From positions 772,023 through 836,022 of the forward strand of contig JBMORU010000001.1 of NCBI GenBank assembly GCA_049322215.1: DNA of 64,000 nucleotides, in the 5' to 3' direction. The DNA comes from Patescibacteria group bacterium. Its GTDB lineage: Bacteria > Patescibacteriota > WWE3 > UBA101185 > UBA10185. How positions within the stretch are numbered: the first letter of the stretch is position 1; each line of letters begins with the position of its first letter. The position numbers were made by a program, and so were the translations under genes. Below are positions 40,292 to 49,047 of the stretch, piece by piece. The notes beneath the pieces were generated by a model that ran no database searches, was not told where the DNA came from, and saw nothing but the letters and a program-made list of their open reading frames with translations.

Positions 40292-41947
40292 TTGGTGATG
40301 GATAAGTGCCCAAACACAAAATATGTTTTTGTTACCGGAGGAGTAATTTCTGGTTTAGGAAAAGGTACTGCAACTTCCTCCATAGCACTTCTTTTAAAGT
40401 CCGCAGGATATAACGTTTCAGCCCTAAAAGCTGATATGTATTTAAATATTGATGCAGGAACAATGAACCCGGTAGAACACGGAGAAGTTTTTGTAACTGA
40501 TGATGGAATGGAAACCGACCAAGACATAGGTAACTACGAAAGATTTTTAAATAGAGATTTGTCTAAACATAACTACATGACCATGGGACAAATTTACTAC
40601 GATTTAATTACTCGAGAGCGTGCTTTTGAATTTGAAGGAAAAACAGTACAAGGTCATGTGCACGTTCCTGAAGAAATTATAAATAGATTAGAGTTGGCAG
40701 CCAACAAAGATAGGGCAGATATTATGATGGTAGAAGTTGGAGGCACTGTAGGAGAATATCAGAATATTTTATTTTTTGAAGCTGTAAGGCGTTTAAAGCA
40801 AAAGTGTCCAAACAATGTTTACATAATACATTTAGTTTACTTATTAACTCCAAATCATATAGGTGAAATGAAAAGTAAGCCAGCACAAGCTTCAATTTAT
40901 GATTTATACAAGTTGGGCTTAAGCCCGGATATTGTTTTATGCCGAAGTGGTGAATCTATAGATGAAAAAAGAAAAAATACCCTTTCATTTAATACCGGGG
41001 TTCCCCAACATCATATATTTGCGGCTCCAAACATTTCTAGCATATACAAAATACCACAAGTTTATGCTGCACAAGGGCTAGATGACACTTTACTAGACAT
41101 AATGAAACTTGAAAGAAAATCAAATGATTTAATAAAATGGGATGCACAAGTAAAAAAAATGGAAGAGTCTACGAAAAAAGTAAAAATAGGAATTTTGGGT
41201 AAATATTTTGCATCTGGCAGTTTTTCATTAGCGGATGCCTATTTATGCGTTATCGAGGCTTTAAAACATGCGGGGGCTGAGTTGGGGGTAATACCGGAAA
41301 TAGAAGCAATTAATGTAGAAGAATATACAGACGAAGAATTGTCACAACTCGATGGAGTAATAGTTCCTCAAGGGTGGGGAAGCAGAGGCGTAGAAGACAA
41401 AGTTAGGGCAATTAAATATGTTAGAGAAAACAAAGTTCCATTTTTAGGTTTATGCTTTGGCATGCAAATGGCAGTAATTGAATACGCACGTGATATTTTA
41501 GGTTTATCAGAAGCAAACACCCTAGAGGCTAATCCAGATACTCCTGACCCAGTTATTTATATAATGCCCGACCAAGAAAAATACTTAAAAGAAAAAAATT
41601 ATGGCGGAACTATAAGACTAGGTGCCTGGCCATGTAAATTAAGTGAAAATTCTACAATATTAGAGTCTTACAAAAAATATGCCCCAAATATGTTAGAAGA
41701 AAATATAGTTAACGAAAGACACCGCCATAGATACGAAGTTAACAATGATTACAAAGAGAAACTACAAGCAGCCGGGCTGATTATTAGTGGAACTTCTCCC
41801 GATGATAAGCTAGCAGAAGCTATTGAATTGCCAAAAGATAAGCACCCATTTTTTGTAGCTACTCAATTTCACCCTGAGTATAAATCAAGACCCTTGCGTC
41901 CACATCCTTTGTTTTGCTCATTTTTAGAAGCCTGTACAAGTAAATAA
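40292..41947 (+). CDS. pyrG: CTP synthase
   Basis: KYVFVTGGVISGLGKG N-terminus, glutamine amidotransferase GLCFGMQ (catalytic Cys) and HPEY...R C-terminal motifs. Confidence 0.9.
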   Translation: MVMDKCPNTKYVFVTGGVISGLGKGTATSSIALLLKSAGYNVSALKADMYLNIDAGTMNPVEHGEVFVTDDGMETDQDIGNYERFLNRDLSKHNYMTMGQIYYDLITRERAFEFEGKTVQGHVHVPEEIINRLELAANKDRADIMMVEVGGTVGEYQNILFFEAVRRLKQKCPNNVYIIHLVYLLTPNHIGEMKSKPAQASIYDLYKLGLSPDIVLCRSGESIDEKRKNTLSFNTGVPQHHIFAAPNISSIYKIPQVYAAQGLDDTLLDIMKLERKSNDLIKWDAQVKKMEESTKKVKIGILGKYFASGSFSLADAYLCVIEALKHAGAELGVIPEIEAINVEEYTDEELSQLDGVIVPQGWGSRGVEDKVRAIKYVRENKVPFLGLCFGMQMAVIEYARDILGLSEANTLEANPDTPDPVIYIMPDQEKYLKEKNYGGTIRLGAWPCKLSENSTILESYKKYAPNMLEENIVNERHRHRYEVNNDYKEKLQAAGLIISGTSPDDKLAEAIELPKDKHPFFVATQFHPEYKSRPLRPHPLFCSFLEACTSK

Positions 41948-42024
41948 CTACAAGTCTTCAGTTTGGCCTTTAAAAATGTTATTATTCCTTACTTAAACAA
42001 ATAACCTATAAGGAGAGAAACAAA

Positions 42025-42390
42025 ATGTCACTTACCATTAAAGTTATTGTTCCGAAGCAGTTAGTAATGTCACTGCTAGAAAGTCAGGGGCCTTTAAGCC
42101 CATTAGCTGAGTTTATTGTATTCGAGCTTTTTCCTCAGTCTGTTTTAAACGAATTTGCCGAAGGGTTTACTGGGGAAGAGCTTTTGATGTACCTTAAGCT
42201 CGATCATGATTTGGAAGGCCACCGCGATGACACTTGGGATGATTGGTTAAAACACACTGAAGATTGCAAGGTGTGTAAAGCAGTACTGCATGCAATTGAA
42301 GTTAAAGTTGCAGCAAAAAACATGCCTAAAAAGACCATGACTATTGATGAGGCAATTGCTAGATTACGCCCTTTTTTGGAAAATAATTAG
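42025..42390 (+). CDS. small HxxxCxxC protein, paralog B
   Basis: LLMYLKLDHDLEG...WLKHTEDCKVC. Confidence 0.5.
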   Translation: MSLTIKVIVPKQLVMSLLESQGPLSPLAEFIVFELFPQSVLNEFAEGFTGEELLMYLKLDHDLEGHRDDTWDDWLKHTEDCKVCKAVLHAIEVKVAAKNMPKKTMTIDEAIARLRPFLENN

Positions 42391-42415
42391 CAGAAATTTA
42401 GGCGAAGTTATTTTA

Positions 42416-42444
42416 TTGACACACTATAGGGTATGTTATATAAT
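42416..42444 (+). promoter_or_regulatory. consensus sigma70 promoter TTGACA-17-TATAAT for paralog C; spacer contains CACTATAGGGTATG box
   Basis: exact hexamers with 17-nt spacer read directly from sequence. Confidence 0.6.
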
Positions 42445-42495
42445 TCTCGCACCTAAATTGGTAAATCAAATAAACACACAAATAAGGAGATAACC

Positions 42496-42834
42496 ATGTT
42501 TATGCAACTTGGTGGAAACGACGATGAAGGTGGTTTTTTTGAAGAGCTTATGAGAATGGTTACTTTGCGGCGTTTGATGTCCCTGGTATCCCAGACTGAT
42601 CCCAGTTCGATTGAACCAGAAAGAATCGCCCGGCATCTTGCTGTCGAGAAAGAGCTGTTTGGTGATGAAACTTTTGGTGACTGGGTTGCTCACGCAACGG
42701 TCAGAGGCTGCCCCGGCTGTGCTCCCATGTACAAAGCACTGTTGTTGCACATCCCTGCTGAAAAGTTGCCCAAAAATAATATGCCGTACAGCCAGGCTGC
42801 CGACCAGCTCATTGCTCAGTTGAATAAGCTGTAA
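42496..42834 (+). CDS. small H-x5-C-x2-C protein, paralog C
   Basis: WVAHATVRGCPGC; perfect TTGACA-17-TATAAT promoter upstream; repeat terminator downstream. Confidence 0.5.
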   Translation: MFMQLGGNDDEGGFFEELMRMVTLRRLMSLVSQTDPSSIEPERIARHLAVEKELFGDETFGDWVAHATVRGCPGCAPMYKALLLHIPAEKLPKNNMPYSQAADQLIAQLNKL

Positions 42835-42845
42835 TTTCGGACCCA

Positions 42846-42896
42846 GGTATTTGTTATTAGTCACTAAACTATACTAATAGCAAATACCTTTTTTTT
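42846..42896 (+). terminator. intrinsic terminator, repeat copy 1: GGTATTTGTTATTAGT-loop-ACTAATAGCAAATACC + T8
   Basis: 16-bp stem (one G.U) then T-run; 41/43 identical to copy 2. Confidence 0.7.
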
Positions 42897-42986
42897 GTTT
42901 TAAAAGCTTTACTTACCGCTATAGGGCATGGTATTATCCAACAACAAATTCCGCTTTTCAAATAAAAAAATAAGGAGTAGACACAA

Positions 42987-43370
42987 ATGTCAATTTTTAA
43001 ATCACTTCTTGGTGATGATGACGACGAAGAAATTGGTGGTATGACCGTGCATATTATTGGTTTTGGTGAGTCAGATGATGACGCTCCAGGCGGGTTGTTT
43101 GGGCTACTATCGCTGTTAGCCGGAGCCATTGGCCCAAATCCAGAAAACCTTCCAAATCAAAAAATCATTGACCACCTCAATGGCAAGCGCGAAGACTTTG
43201 CTGATAAAAAGGTTGGACATTGGTATTCTCATGCGCTACTTTGCCCCATGTGTCACAGCATGATGGAAGCTTTGGTCGAGCGTCTTGATAGTGAGCAAAT
43301 GCCCGAAGGAGATGAACCTTTTGGCGTTGGTGCTGACATGATCATTAAGGCCCTTAAAGCCCTCAAGTAG
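42987..43370 (+). CDS. small HxxxCxxC protein, paralog D
   Basis: HWYSHALLCPMC; own promoter/RBS; repeat terminator downstream. Confidence 0.5.
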   Translation: MSIFKSLLGDDDDEEIGGMTVHIIGFGESDDDAPGGLFGLLSLLAGAIGPNPENLPNQKIIDHLNGKREDFADKKVGHWYSHALLCPMCHSMMEALVERLDSEQMPEGDEPFGVGADMIIKALKALK

Positions 43371-43384
43371 CTTTCGCCCATAAA

Positions 43385-43434
43385 GGTATTTGTTATTAGT
43401 CACTAAACTATACTAATAGCAAGTACCTTTTTTT
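43385..43434 (+). terminator. intrinsic terminator, repeat copy 2 (GGTATTTGTTATTAGTCACTAAACTATACTAATAGCAAGTACC + T7)
   Basis: near-identical to 42846-42888. Confidence 0.65.
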
Positions 43435-43509
43435 ATCTCAATTTACAGAATGCTATGGGGCATGTTAAAATGTTGAAACAAATACAGATCTAAAAAGGAG
43501 TAGTAAATT

Positions 43510-43911
43510 ATGTGGCGGAAAATTTTGAAGCTACTGAAGATAGAAGCAATACTAGAGCGAAATAATGCAAAAAAAGCAACGTTTCGCGCAGAAGTTACGG
43601 TGCCCGCTAACATGAGTTCTCAGGATTTAGCCTTACTAAAATACATTATGGAAGCTTTGGCGCCAAAACCTGACGACATTACCATTGACGAAATCATTGA
43701 GCACCTTAACGATAAACGAAAATTGTTTAAAGGACAGCAAATGCGCCATTGGTATAGCCATGCAATTGCATGCCCTGTGTGCCGTGCTATGGGAGAAGCG
43801 ATGAGTCGTTTTGTACCTGAAAGCAGTAGACCTGCTGGCCGTATGACGTTTGATGCTGGGGCTGATTTGCTTATTGCACAATTAGAATTGGCAAAAGCTA
43901 AAAACAGCTAA
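43510..43911 (+). CDS. small HxxxCxxC protein, paralog E
   Basis: HWYSHAIACPVC; long hairpin terminator 43920-43969. Confidence 0.5.
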   Translation: MWRKILKLLKIEAILERNNAKKATFRAEVTVPANMSSQDLALLKYIMEALAPKPDDITIDEIIEHLNDKRKLFKGQQMRHWYSHAIACPVCRAMGEAMSRFVPESSRPAGRMTFDAGADLLIAQLELAKAKNS

Positions 43912-43919
43912 TTTAGTAA

Positions 43920-43969
43920 TAAGCATTTACTGTTAATTTCTTAGGCAATTAATAGTAGATGCTTTTTTT
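43920..43969 (+). terminator. intrinsic terminator after paralog E (19-bp imperfect stem + T7)
   Basis: TAAGCATTTACTGTTAATT / AATTAATAGTAGATGCTT then TTTTTTT. Confidence 0.6.
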
Positions 43970-44034
43970 ATATTTGCGTTACTCAGTACCCTATAGTATA
44001 ATAAGCGTAATTTACAACTAAATAAGGAGTTGGT

Positions 44035-44343
44035 ATGAGAGAGTTAATAGACAAACTTGACTCCCCGGTGGTAAGAATAATAACAACATTAAGGACAGAG
44101 CTGTTTGGTTCCCCATCACTTGAAAAAATTATAGCTAACATGGAACCAAACGAAGAGCACTATGGCTCTATGCCTTTATTGTTTTGGCTTATTCACTCCT
44201 TGGGGTGTGTAAACTGCAACTATTACGCAAATTTTGTTTTAAGTCATTTCGAAAAAACCAGTCACAAAGAAATCATGTCAACTAACTTTAGTGTGGTTTT
44301 AGAAATGCTAAGACAAAAAGCTAAAAAAACAAAGGTGAGGTAA
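44035..44343 (+). CDS. small HxxxCxxC protein, paralog F
   Basis: FWLIHSLGCVNC. Confidence 0.45.
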   Translation: MRELIDKLDSPVVRIITTLRTELFGSPSLEKIIANMEPNEEHYGSMPLLFWLIHSLGCVNCNYYANFVLSHFEKTSHKEIMSTNFSVVLEMLRQKAKKTKVR

Positions 44344-44345
44344 AA

Positions 44346-44639
44346 ATGGACGAATCCCGGTTAGAAGCAGTTAAGTTTCGAGTAGCAAATTTTGCTATCG
44401 AAACATTGGCAAAATTGTTTCCCCCAACGTTAGAACGAATTATTAAGCACATGGAAACGTTGCGTGAAAAATACAACGACCGCTTTGTGTTACTTTGGGA
44501 AACAGAAGCCCGAGGCCTTAGTATGTTTTATGCCCGCGCCTTAGAAAACTACCTTGATGCTCATGGGCTCGTAGAACTAGAGGTTGAAGACTTCAACGTA
44601 GCAATAGCCCAGTTAAAAAAGCGAAACAAAACCAGCTAA
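44346..44639 (+). CDS. divergent family member G (motif Cys/His lost), translationally coupled to F
   Basis: similar length and helix pattern, retains the W but lacks the H/C; RBS ggtgaggtaaaaATG; hairpin terminator about 44650-44700. Confidence 0.35.
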   Translation: MDESRLEAVKFRVANFAIETLAKLFPPTLERIIKHMETLREKYNDRFVLLWETEARGLSMFYARALENYLDAHGLVELEVEDFNVAIAQLKKRNKTS

Positions 44640-44726
44640 GTGCCAAGGACACCTGTAATTTGATTTAAACCAAATTGCATGTGTCCTTTTTTTTTGCACT
44701 TATTTGTTATAATCAAACAGTTATTT

Positions 44727-44816
44727 GGGCGGGTGGCGGAAATGGTATACGCGCAACGTTGAGGACGTTGTGGGCTGTTAAAGCCCTTGCAGGTTCAAGT
44801 CCTGTTCCGCCCACCA
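44727..44816 (+). tRNA. tRNA-Leu (anticodon GAG), type II long variable arm
   Basis: acceptor GGGCGGG/TCCGCCC, anticodon stem CAACG/CGTTG, loop UUGAGGA, variable-arm stem GGGC/GCCC, encoded CCA. Confidence 0.8.
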
Positions 44817-44944
44817 AGCTGTTGCTTTGTTTGCAAAGCTTACAGATTGGGGTGCATTAAGAGCGCTAACGATGAATTGCCACCAACGTTATATTCCAAA
44901 CTTTACACATACAAACCCATAACATATAATCATCACATTCCGCT

Positions 44945-46021
44945 ATGAAGCTAATAATATTCGCAGGGGGAACCGGCACAAGATTTTGGCCATTTTCCCG
45001 AAAAAATTATCCGAAGCAGTTTAAAAAAATATTTAATGGTGAATCTACGCTTCAGCTTGCTGTTTCACGTTTAGAAAAAACTTTTGGTACAGACAATATT
45101 TATATAAGTACAAATGAAAACTATGTTTCTATAGTTAAAGAACAGTTGCCTCAAATTTCTTTAGCAAATGTTTTTGCAGAGCCAGAAAAGCGCAATGTAG
45201 GCCCTGCTGTGGGATACTGTTTAACTAGACTTAAAAAGGTTGGCTACAAAGGACCCGTTGCAATTTTGTGGGCAGATCACTTAATAGAAAACGTAGCTGA
45301 ATTTATTCATGCGTTAAAAAAGGGCAAAGATTTAATATACGAAAATCCAAAACGACTTGTGTTTATAAGCGAAGAACCTCGCTACGCTGAAAACAATTTA
45401 GGTTGGATTCACATTGGTAAAAAAATTCAAAAAGGCGTGTATGAGTTTAAAGAGTGGCACTATAAACCACCTTTAGAAAAGTGCAAAGAAATGTTTGACT
45501 CCGGAGAGTGGAAGTGGAACCCTGGGTATTTTATTGTCGACCTTGAATTTACGTTAAGTTTATATGAAAAGCATGTTCCTGAAATATTTAAGGGTCTTCA
45601 AAAAATTGAAAAAGCATTAGGAACTGTTGAAGAAAATAAGGCGATAAAAAGGATTTATCCAAAATTTGAAGCAATTCATTTTGATAGGGCAATTGCAGAA
45701 AGAATTCCTAATAACATGGCTGTTGTGGTAACTGTAAATATGGGCTGGGCTGACCCGGGAACCTTATATGCCTTAAAGGAAGCCAAGGTAAAAAGCAAAG
45801 AGGAAAACTTACAGGAGGGGCTAGTTGTACTACATGAAACCAAAGATTCAGTAGTAATAAATGAAGACAAACACAAATTAGTTGCCGCAGTAAAGTTAAA
45901 CGGAATGGTAGTAGTAAACACGCAAGACGCATTGATAGTTGTGCATAAAGATAATGTTTTAGAAACAACAGACTTGCTGAAAAAGCTGGAAAAAAATAAA
46001 AAGTTTGCAAAGTTTGTTTAG
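44945..46021 (+). CDS. manC: mannose-1-phosphate guanylyltransferase-like nucleotidyltransferase
   Basis: MKLIIFAGGTGTRFWPFSRKNYPKQF N-terminus typical of GDP-mannose pyrophosphorylase. Confidence 0.65.
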   Translation: MKLIIFAGGTGTRFWPFSRKNYPKQFKKIFNGESTLQLAVSRLEKTFGTDNIYISTNENYVSIVKEQLPQISLANVFAEPEKRNVGPAVGYCLTRLKKVGYKGPVAILWADHLIENVAEFIHALKKGKDLIYENPKRLVFISEEPRYAENNLGWIHIGKKIQKGVYEFKEWHYKPPLEKCKEMFDSGEWKWNPGYFIVDLEFTLSLYEKHVPEIFKGLQKIEKALGTVEENKAIKRIYPKFEAIHFDRAIAERIPNNMAVVVTVNMGWADPGTLYALKEAKVKSKEENLQEGLVVLHETKDSVVINEDKHKLVAAVKLNGMVVVNTQDALIVVHKDNVLETTDLLKKLEKNKKFAKFV

Positions 46022-46119
46022 GTTGAATTAAAAGAAACGACTGCTATAATAGCTTTGCTGTTTGTATATAGCACGCGAGAGTGACGCAACTGCGTTGCTA
46101 CCTCTCGCTCACTACGTTT

Positions 46120-46194
46120 GCGAGAGTAGCTCAGTGGTAGAGCGCCTCCTTGCCAAGGAGGAGGCCGCGGGTTCAAATCCCGTCTCTCGCTCCA
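46120..46194 (+). tRNA. tRNA-Gly (anticodon GCC)
   Basis: acceptor GCGAGAG/CTCTCGC, anticodon stem CCTCC/GGAGG, loop UUGCCAA, encoded CCA. Confidence 0.85.
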
Positions 46195-46197
46195 ATA

Positions 46198-46650
46198 CTA
46201 TTGCTTAAAGCTTTTAATAAAATTTTTAAAAAACTTCGCTACTGGAATAGGTCTTATCACTAAATTTTCAACCAAATCTAACGAAACCCATTGCGGTTTA
46301 TAAATATTGCTTGGATTATTAGCCATTTTCTTCATTTCTACAGAATTACCTAGGGTAACTTCACCACTAATATATTCACATAAAAATAGGTTTTGTTCTT
46401 TTCCACTGGTGTGTGTAAATGTGCCTAAAAGTTTTAAGGGTTTAACTTTAATGCAGGTTTCTTCTAAAAGTTCTCTAATTACTGTGTTTTCAAGCGTTTC
46501 GTTTGGTTCAACTTTCCCGCCTGGTATCGAATAGTACTTAGCGCCCTTTTTTTCTCTATACATTAATAAAACTGCATTATCTTTAATAACTATTCCTCGT
46601 GCTGATATTTTTTTCATTGGTAGATTATAACTTAAAGGGAGAGCAACCAC
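46198..46650 (-). CDS. NUDIX hydrolase
   Basis: [24 protein letters not shown] Nudix box. Confidence 0.7.
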   Translation of the reverse strand: MVALPLSYNLPMKKISARGIVIKDNAVLLMYREKKGAKYYSIPGGKVEPNETLENTVIRELLEETCIKVKPLKLLGTFTHTSGKEQNLFLCEYISGEVTLGNSVEMKKMANNPSNIYKPQWVSLDLVENLVIRPIPVAKFFKNFIKSFKQ

Positions 46651-47327
46651 ACATTATTGTCTTTATCCTCTATAGCGTAGTCTGTAATGCCAACTTTTTT
46701 GAAACCGTTTTTTTCTAAAACTTTTTCCGATGCAATATTACCCCTTTCTGTGTATGCAGTTATACAAATTGGCATAGAAGCCGATATATTTAAAGCTTTG
46801 AAGTAAGCTATTGATTCTCTTAATCCATGGTAAGCAACACCTAGGTTTTCTTTTTGTAAAAAATGTGTACGCGCGTCTATAAAGGAATTACTATCAGACC
46901 AGGCTTTAAAAAGCTTGCAGTAACTTGTTTCAAGTATAAGTGCATGTTTAGGTATGCTTAATTCATTTTTAATACTTTCAGGTAATATTTCATCTTCATA
47001 AAACTGAATCCAACCAACTAATTTATTTTCGGTATCAACAATTGCCCAAATTAATCTAGGATCTTCTTCATGAAAAGGCTTTACATTTAATAAGTAGTCA
47101 ATATCTTCTGCAGAAGAGGGGTCACCTCCCATAAACTTAAGCACGTTTGGGTTTTTGTCCATATCAGTTAGTCTTTGAGTATCTTCTGAGTTAGAGGGAT
47201 TAAACTGTCTTAAAGAATATGGGGAACTAGGGTCACTCTTCCACGGTGTATCTAAATTACCAAAAACTGCATAATTATTGGCAAAATCGTGGAGATTTTG
47301 TTCACTTTGGTTATTGTTAATTTGCAT
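46632..47327 (-). CDS. GNAT-family N-acetyltransferase (C-terminal domain)
   Basis: C-terminal ASEKVLEKNGFKKVG motif typical of GNAT/RimJ-like enzymes; 19-nt overlap with nudix gene. Confidence 0.5.
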   Translation of the reverse strand: MQINNNQSEQNLHDFANNYAVFGNLDTPWKSDPSSPYSLRQFNPSNSEDTQRLTDMDKNPNVLKFMGGDPSSAEDIDYLLNVKPFHEEDPRLIWAIVDTENKLVGWIQFYEDEILPESIKNELSIPKHALILETSYCKLFKAWSDSNSFIDARTHFLQKENLGVAYHGLRESIAYFKALNISASMPICITAYTERGNIASEKVLEKNGFKKVGITDYAIEDKDNNVWLLSL

Positions 47328-47344
47328 ACTACTGTAATAAACCC

Positions 47345-47420
47345 TGGTGGGGAGGGAGGGACTCGAACCCTCATAGCCGGTTTTTCAGACCGGTGCCGTG
47401 ACCATCTTGGCTACCGCCCC
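47345..47420 (-). tRNA. tRNA-Phe (anticodon GAA)
   Basis: reverse complement folds as GGGGCGG...anticodon stem CCGGT/ACCGG, loop CUGAAAA, T-loop GGTTCGAGTCC...CCA; one acceptor-stem mismatch in my hand fold. Confidence 0.75.
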
Positions 47421-47554
47421 TTAGCGAAAACATTTTATCAAGAACCAAAGTATAATACCACACTAAGTAAGTTTAAGACCTATAGCACTAGGAGGAATAA
47501 GACATTTGGTGTATAATTACAAAAGTCAATTTTGATATATCACAAAAGGAGTAC

Positions 47555-47809
47555 GTGATGAAAGATTCTAGAAAAAAACTACTTAGTCAGGTAGTTGGCA
47601 CCACTGGGTTTGAAAAAATCACTCTCAGAGGAAATGCAACTACGGATGAAAGTCGTGAAGCTCAGCTGCAAGAACTTGATAGGCGCGTTCTCAATTGGGC
47701 GGCAGTATTAGGTATGTTTAGGCAACCAAAACCTGCACCCAAACAGAAAGGCGTTAAACCCGGCCCCAATGCACAAAAGCTAGCGCAAGAATTCATGAAT
47801 AGCGTCTAG
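47555..47809 (+). CDS. hypothetical small protein (84 aa), GC-richer
   Basis: RBS aaaaggagtacgtgATG; CCTATAGCACTAGG box and TGTATAAT -10 upstream. Confidence 0.35.
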   Translation: MMKDSRKKLLSQVVGTTGFEKITLRGNATTDESREAQLQELDRRVLNWAAVLGMFRQPKPAPKQKGVKPGPNAQKLAQEFMNSV

Positions 47810-47894
47810 CAACAAAAAGATAGAGGGTAGAAGTACGCAAATCCTCAAATAAAAGCAAGGTGTAACTGCTTTTATCCTCTATCTTTATCTTTTT

Positions 47895-48236
47895 TTACAA
47901 ACTTAACGCAATAGTAAAAAGAATTACTACAAACAAAGCTAAAAATCCAACAGTATGAAAAACAAGCTTAATAGCTTCCTCTACTTTTTTATCAAGGTAT
48001 AACTTGAAAGGATTATAAAACATAATTAGTCCACAAATCATGGCTGAGGTAGAAAATAATGTTAAAAACATAACTGGACCCAAATAACGTGGTGGTTCTG
48101 CCATAACTTCGTTTCCCTTCCAAAATAGCAAACTTATAAATGATATATAAGCTAAAATTCCTAGGGCTTGCATTAAGGCTAGTTTAGTTATTTCAGTTTT
48201 ATTTTTCTTTTTAAAAAACATGGAGATTGAACACAT
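47895..48236 (-). CDS. small membrane protein (3 TM)
   Basis: hydrophobicity only. Confidence 0.35.
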   Translation of the reverse strand: MCSISMFFKKKNKTEITKLALMQALGILAYISFISLLFWKGNEVMAEPPRYLGPVMFLTLFSTSAMICGLIMFYNPFKLYLDKKVEEAIKLVFHTVGFLALFVVILFTIALSL

Positions 48237-48273
48237 TATATATTTTTAAAGGTAAATTGTATACTTAGCATGT

Positions 48274-49041
48274 ATGTACAGCTTTAATTCTTTGCAAGTA
48301 GATTTAAAAAATGAAGTAAGTAAAATTAATGGTCAGGTAGCATTAAAGGTTAAATTTCTCAATAGTGATGAAACGTTTGAATATAATGCATACGCGCAAG
48401 TTTGGGCGGCAAGTGTTATTAAAATTCCTTTGGTTTGCACAGTTTACAAACAAATAAACGAAAAGCAAATATATGACCAAGAACGCCATATTATAAAGCA
48501 AGAAAACAGAGTAGATGGGTCAGGAATTGCAAAATTGTTTTCTACAAGTACCGAATTTACTATACATGACTTAATTGTGATGACACTAACCATATCTGAT
48601 AATTCTGCTACCAACGAATTAATAGATATAGTAGGGGTTGGCGCGACAGAAACTTACATGCATAAGTTAGGTCTAGTTAATACAACTTTAAGACATAAAA
48701 TGATGGTTAAGGCAGGAAAAGGTCCAAACTTAACAACTGCAACAGACATTACGACATTGCTTGAGAAGCTTTATAAAAAAGTAATTCCAGGTAAAGATGA
48801 AGTATTAAATTTTATGAAACATACCCGTTTACGAGACAGATTGCCAAGAAAAATTCCTAACACGGTTGAAGTTGCAAATAAGCCAGGATCTTTACCTGAA
48901 GCAATGCATGATGTAGGCGTAGTTTTTTCAGCAAATCCTTTTATATTTTCATTTTTATCGGATGATCAAAAAGACAAAGAAATTACAAGAGAAGTTATTT
49001 CTAACTGTGCGAAAAGTTGTTTTGATTACTCAAACCAATAA
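48274..49041 (+). CDS. class-A beta-lactamase-like serine hydrolase
   Basis: SVIK (SxxK), ISDNSATN (SDN), NKPGS (KxG) in the canonical order. Confidence 0.6.
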   Translation: MYSFNSLQVDLKNEVSKINGQVALKVKFLNSDETFEYNAYAQVWAASVIKIPLVCTVYKQINEKQIYDQERHIIKQENRVDGSGIAKLFSTSTEFTIHDLIVMTLTISDNSATNELIDIVGVGATETYMHKLGLVNTTLRHKMMVKAGKGPNLTTATDITTLLEKLYKKVIPGKDEVLNFMKHTRLRDRLPRKIPNTVEVANKPGSLPEAMHDVGVVFSANPFIFSFLSDDQKDKEITREVISNCAKSCFDYSNQ

Positions 49042-49047
49042 AATATA

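Noticed and set aside
42421-42431. CACTATAGGG identical to the 3' end of the phage T7 promoter
   Set aside because: The remainder of the T7 promoter (TAATACGACT) is absent. The box is better explained as a host sigma70 promoter-spacer element shared by the paralog cassettes.
44675-44860. 61-aa ORF in the six-frame track
   Set aside because: It lies entirely over the tRNA-Leu(GAG) gene (44727-44816). The tRNA cloverleaf is unambiguous, so the ORF is spurious.
47289-47516. 75-aa plus-strand ORF
   Set aside because: It overlaps the minus-strand tRNA-Phe (47345-47420) and has no RBS, so it is spurious.
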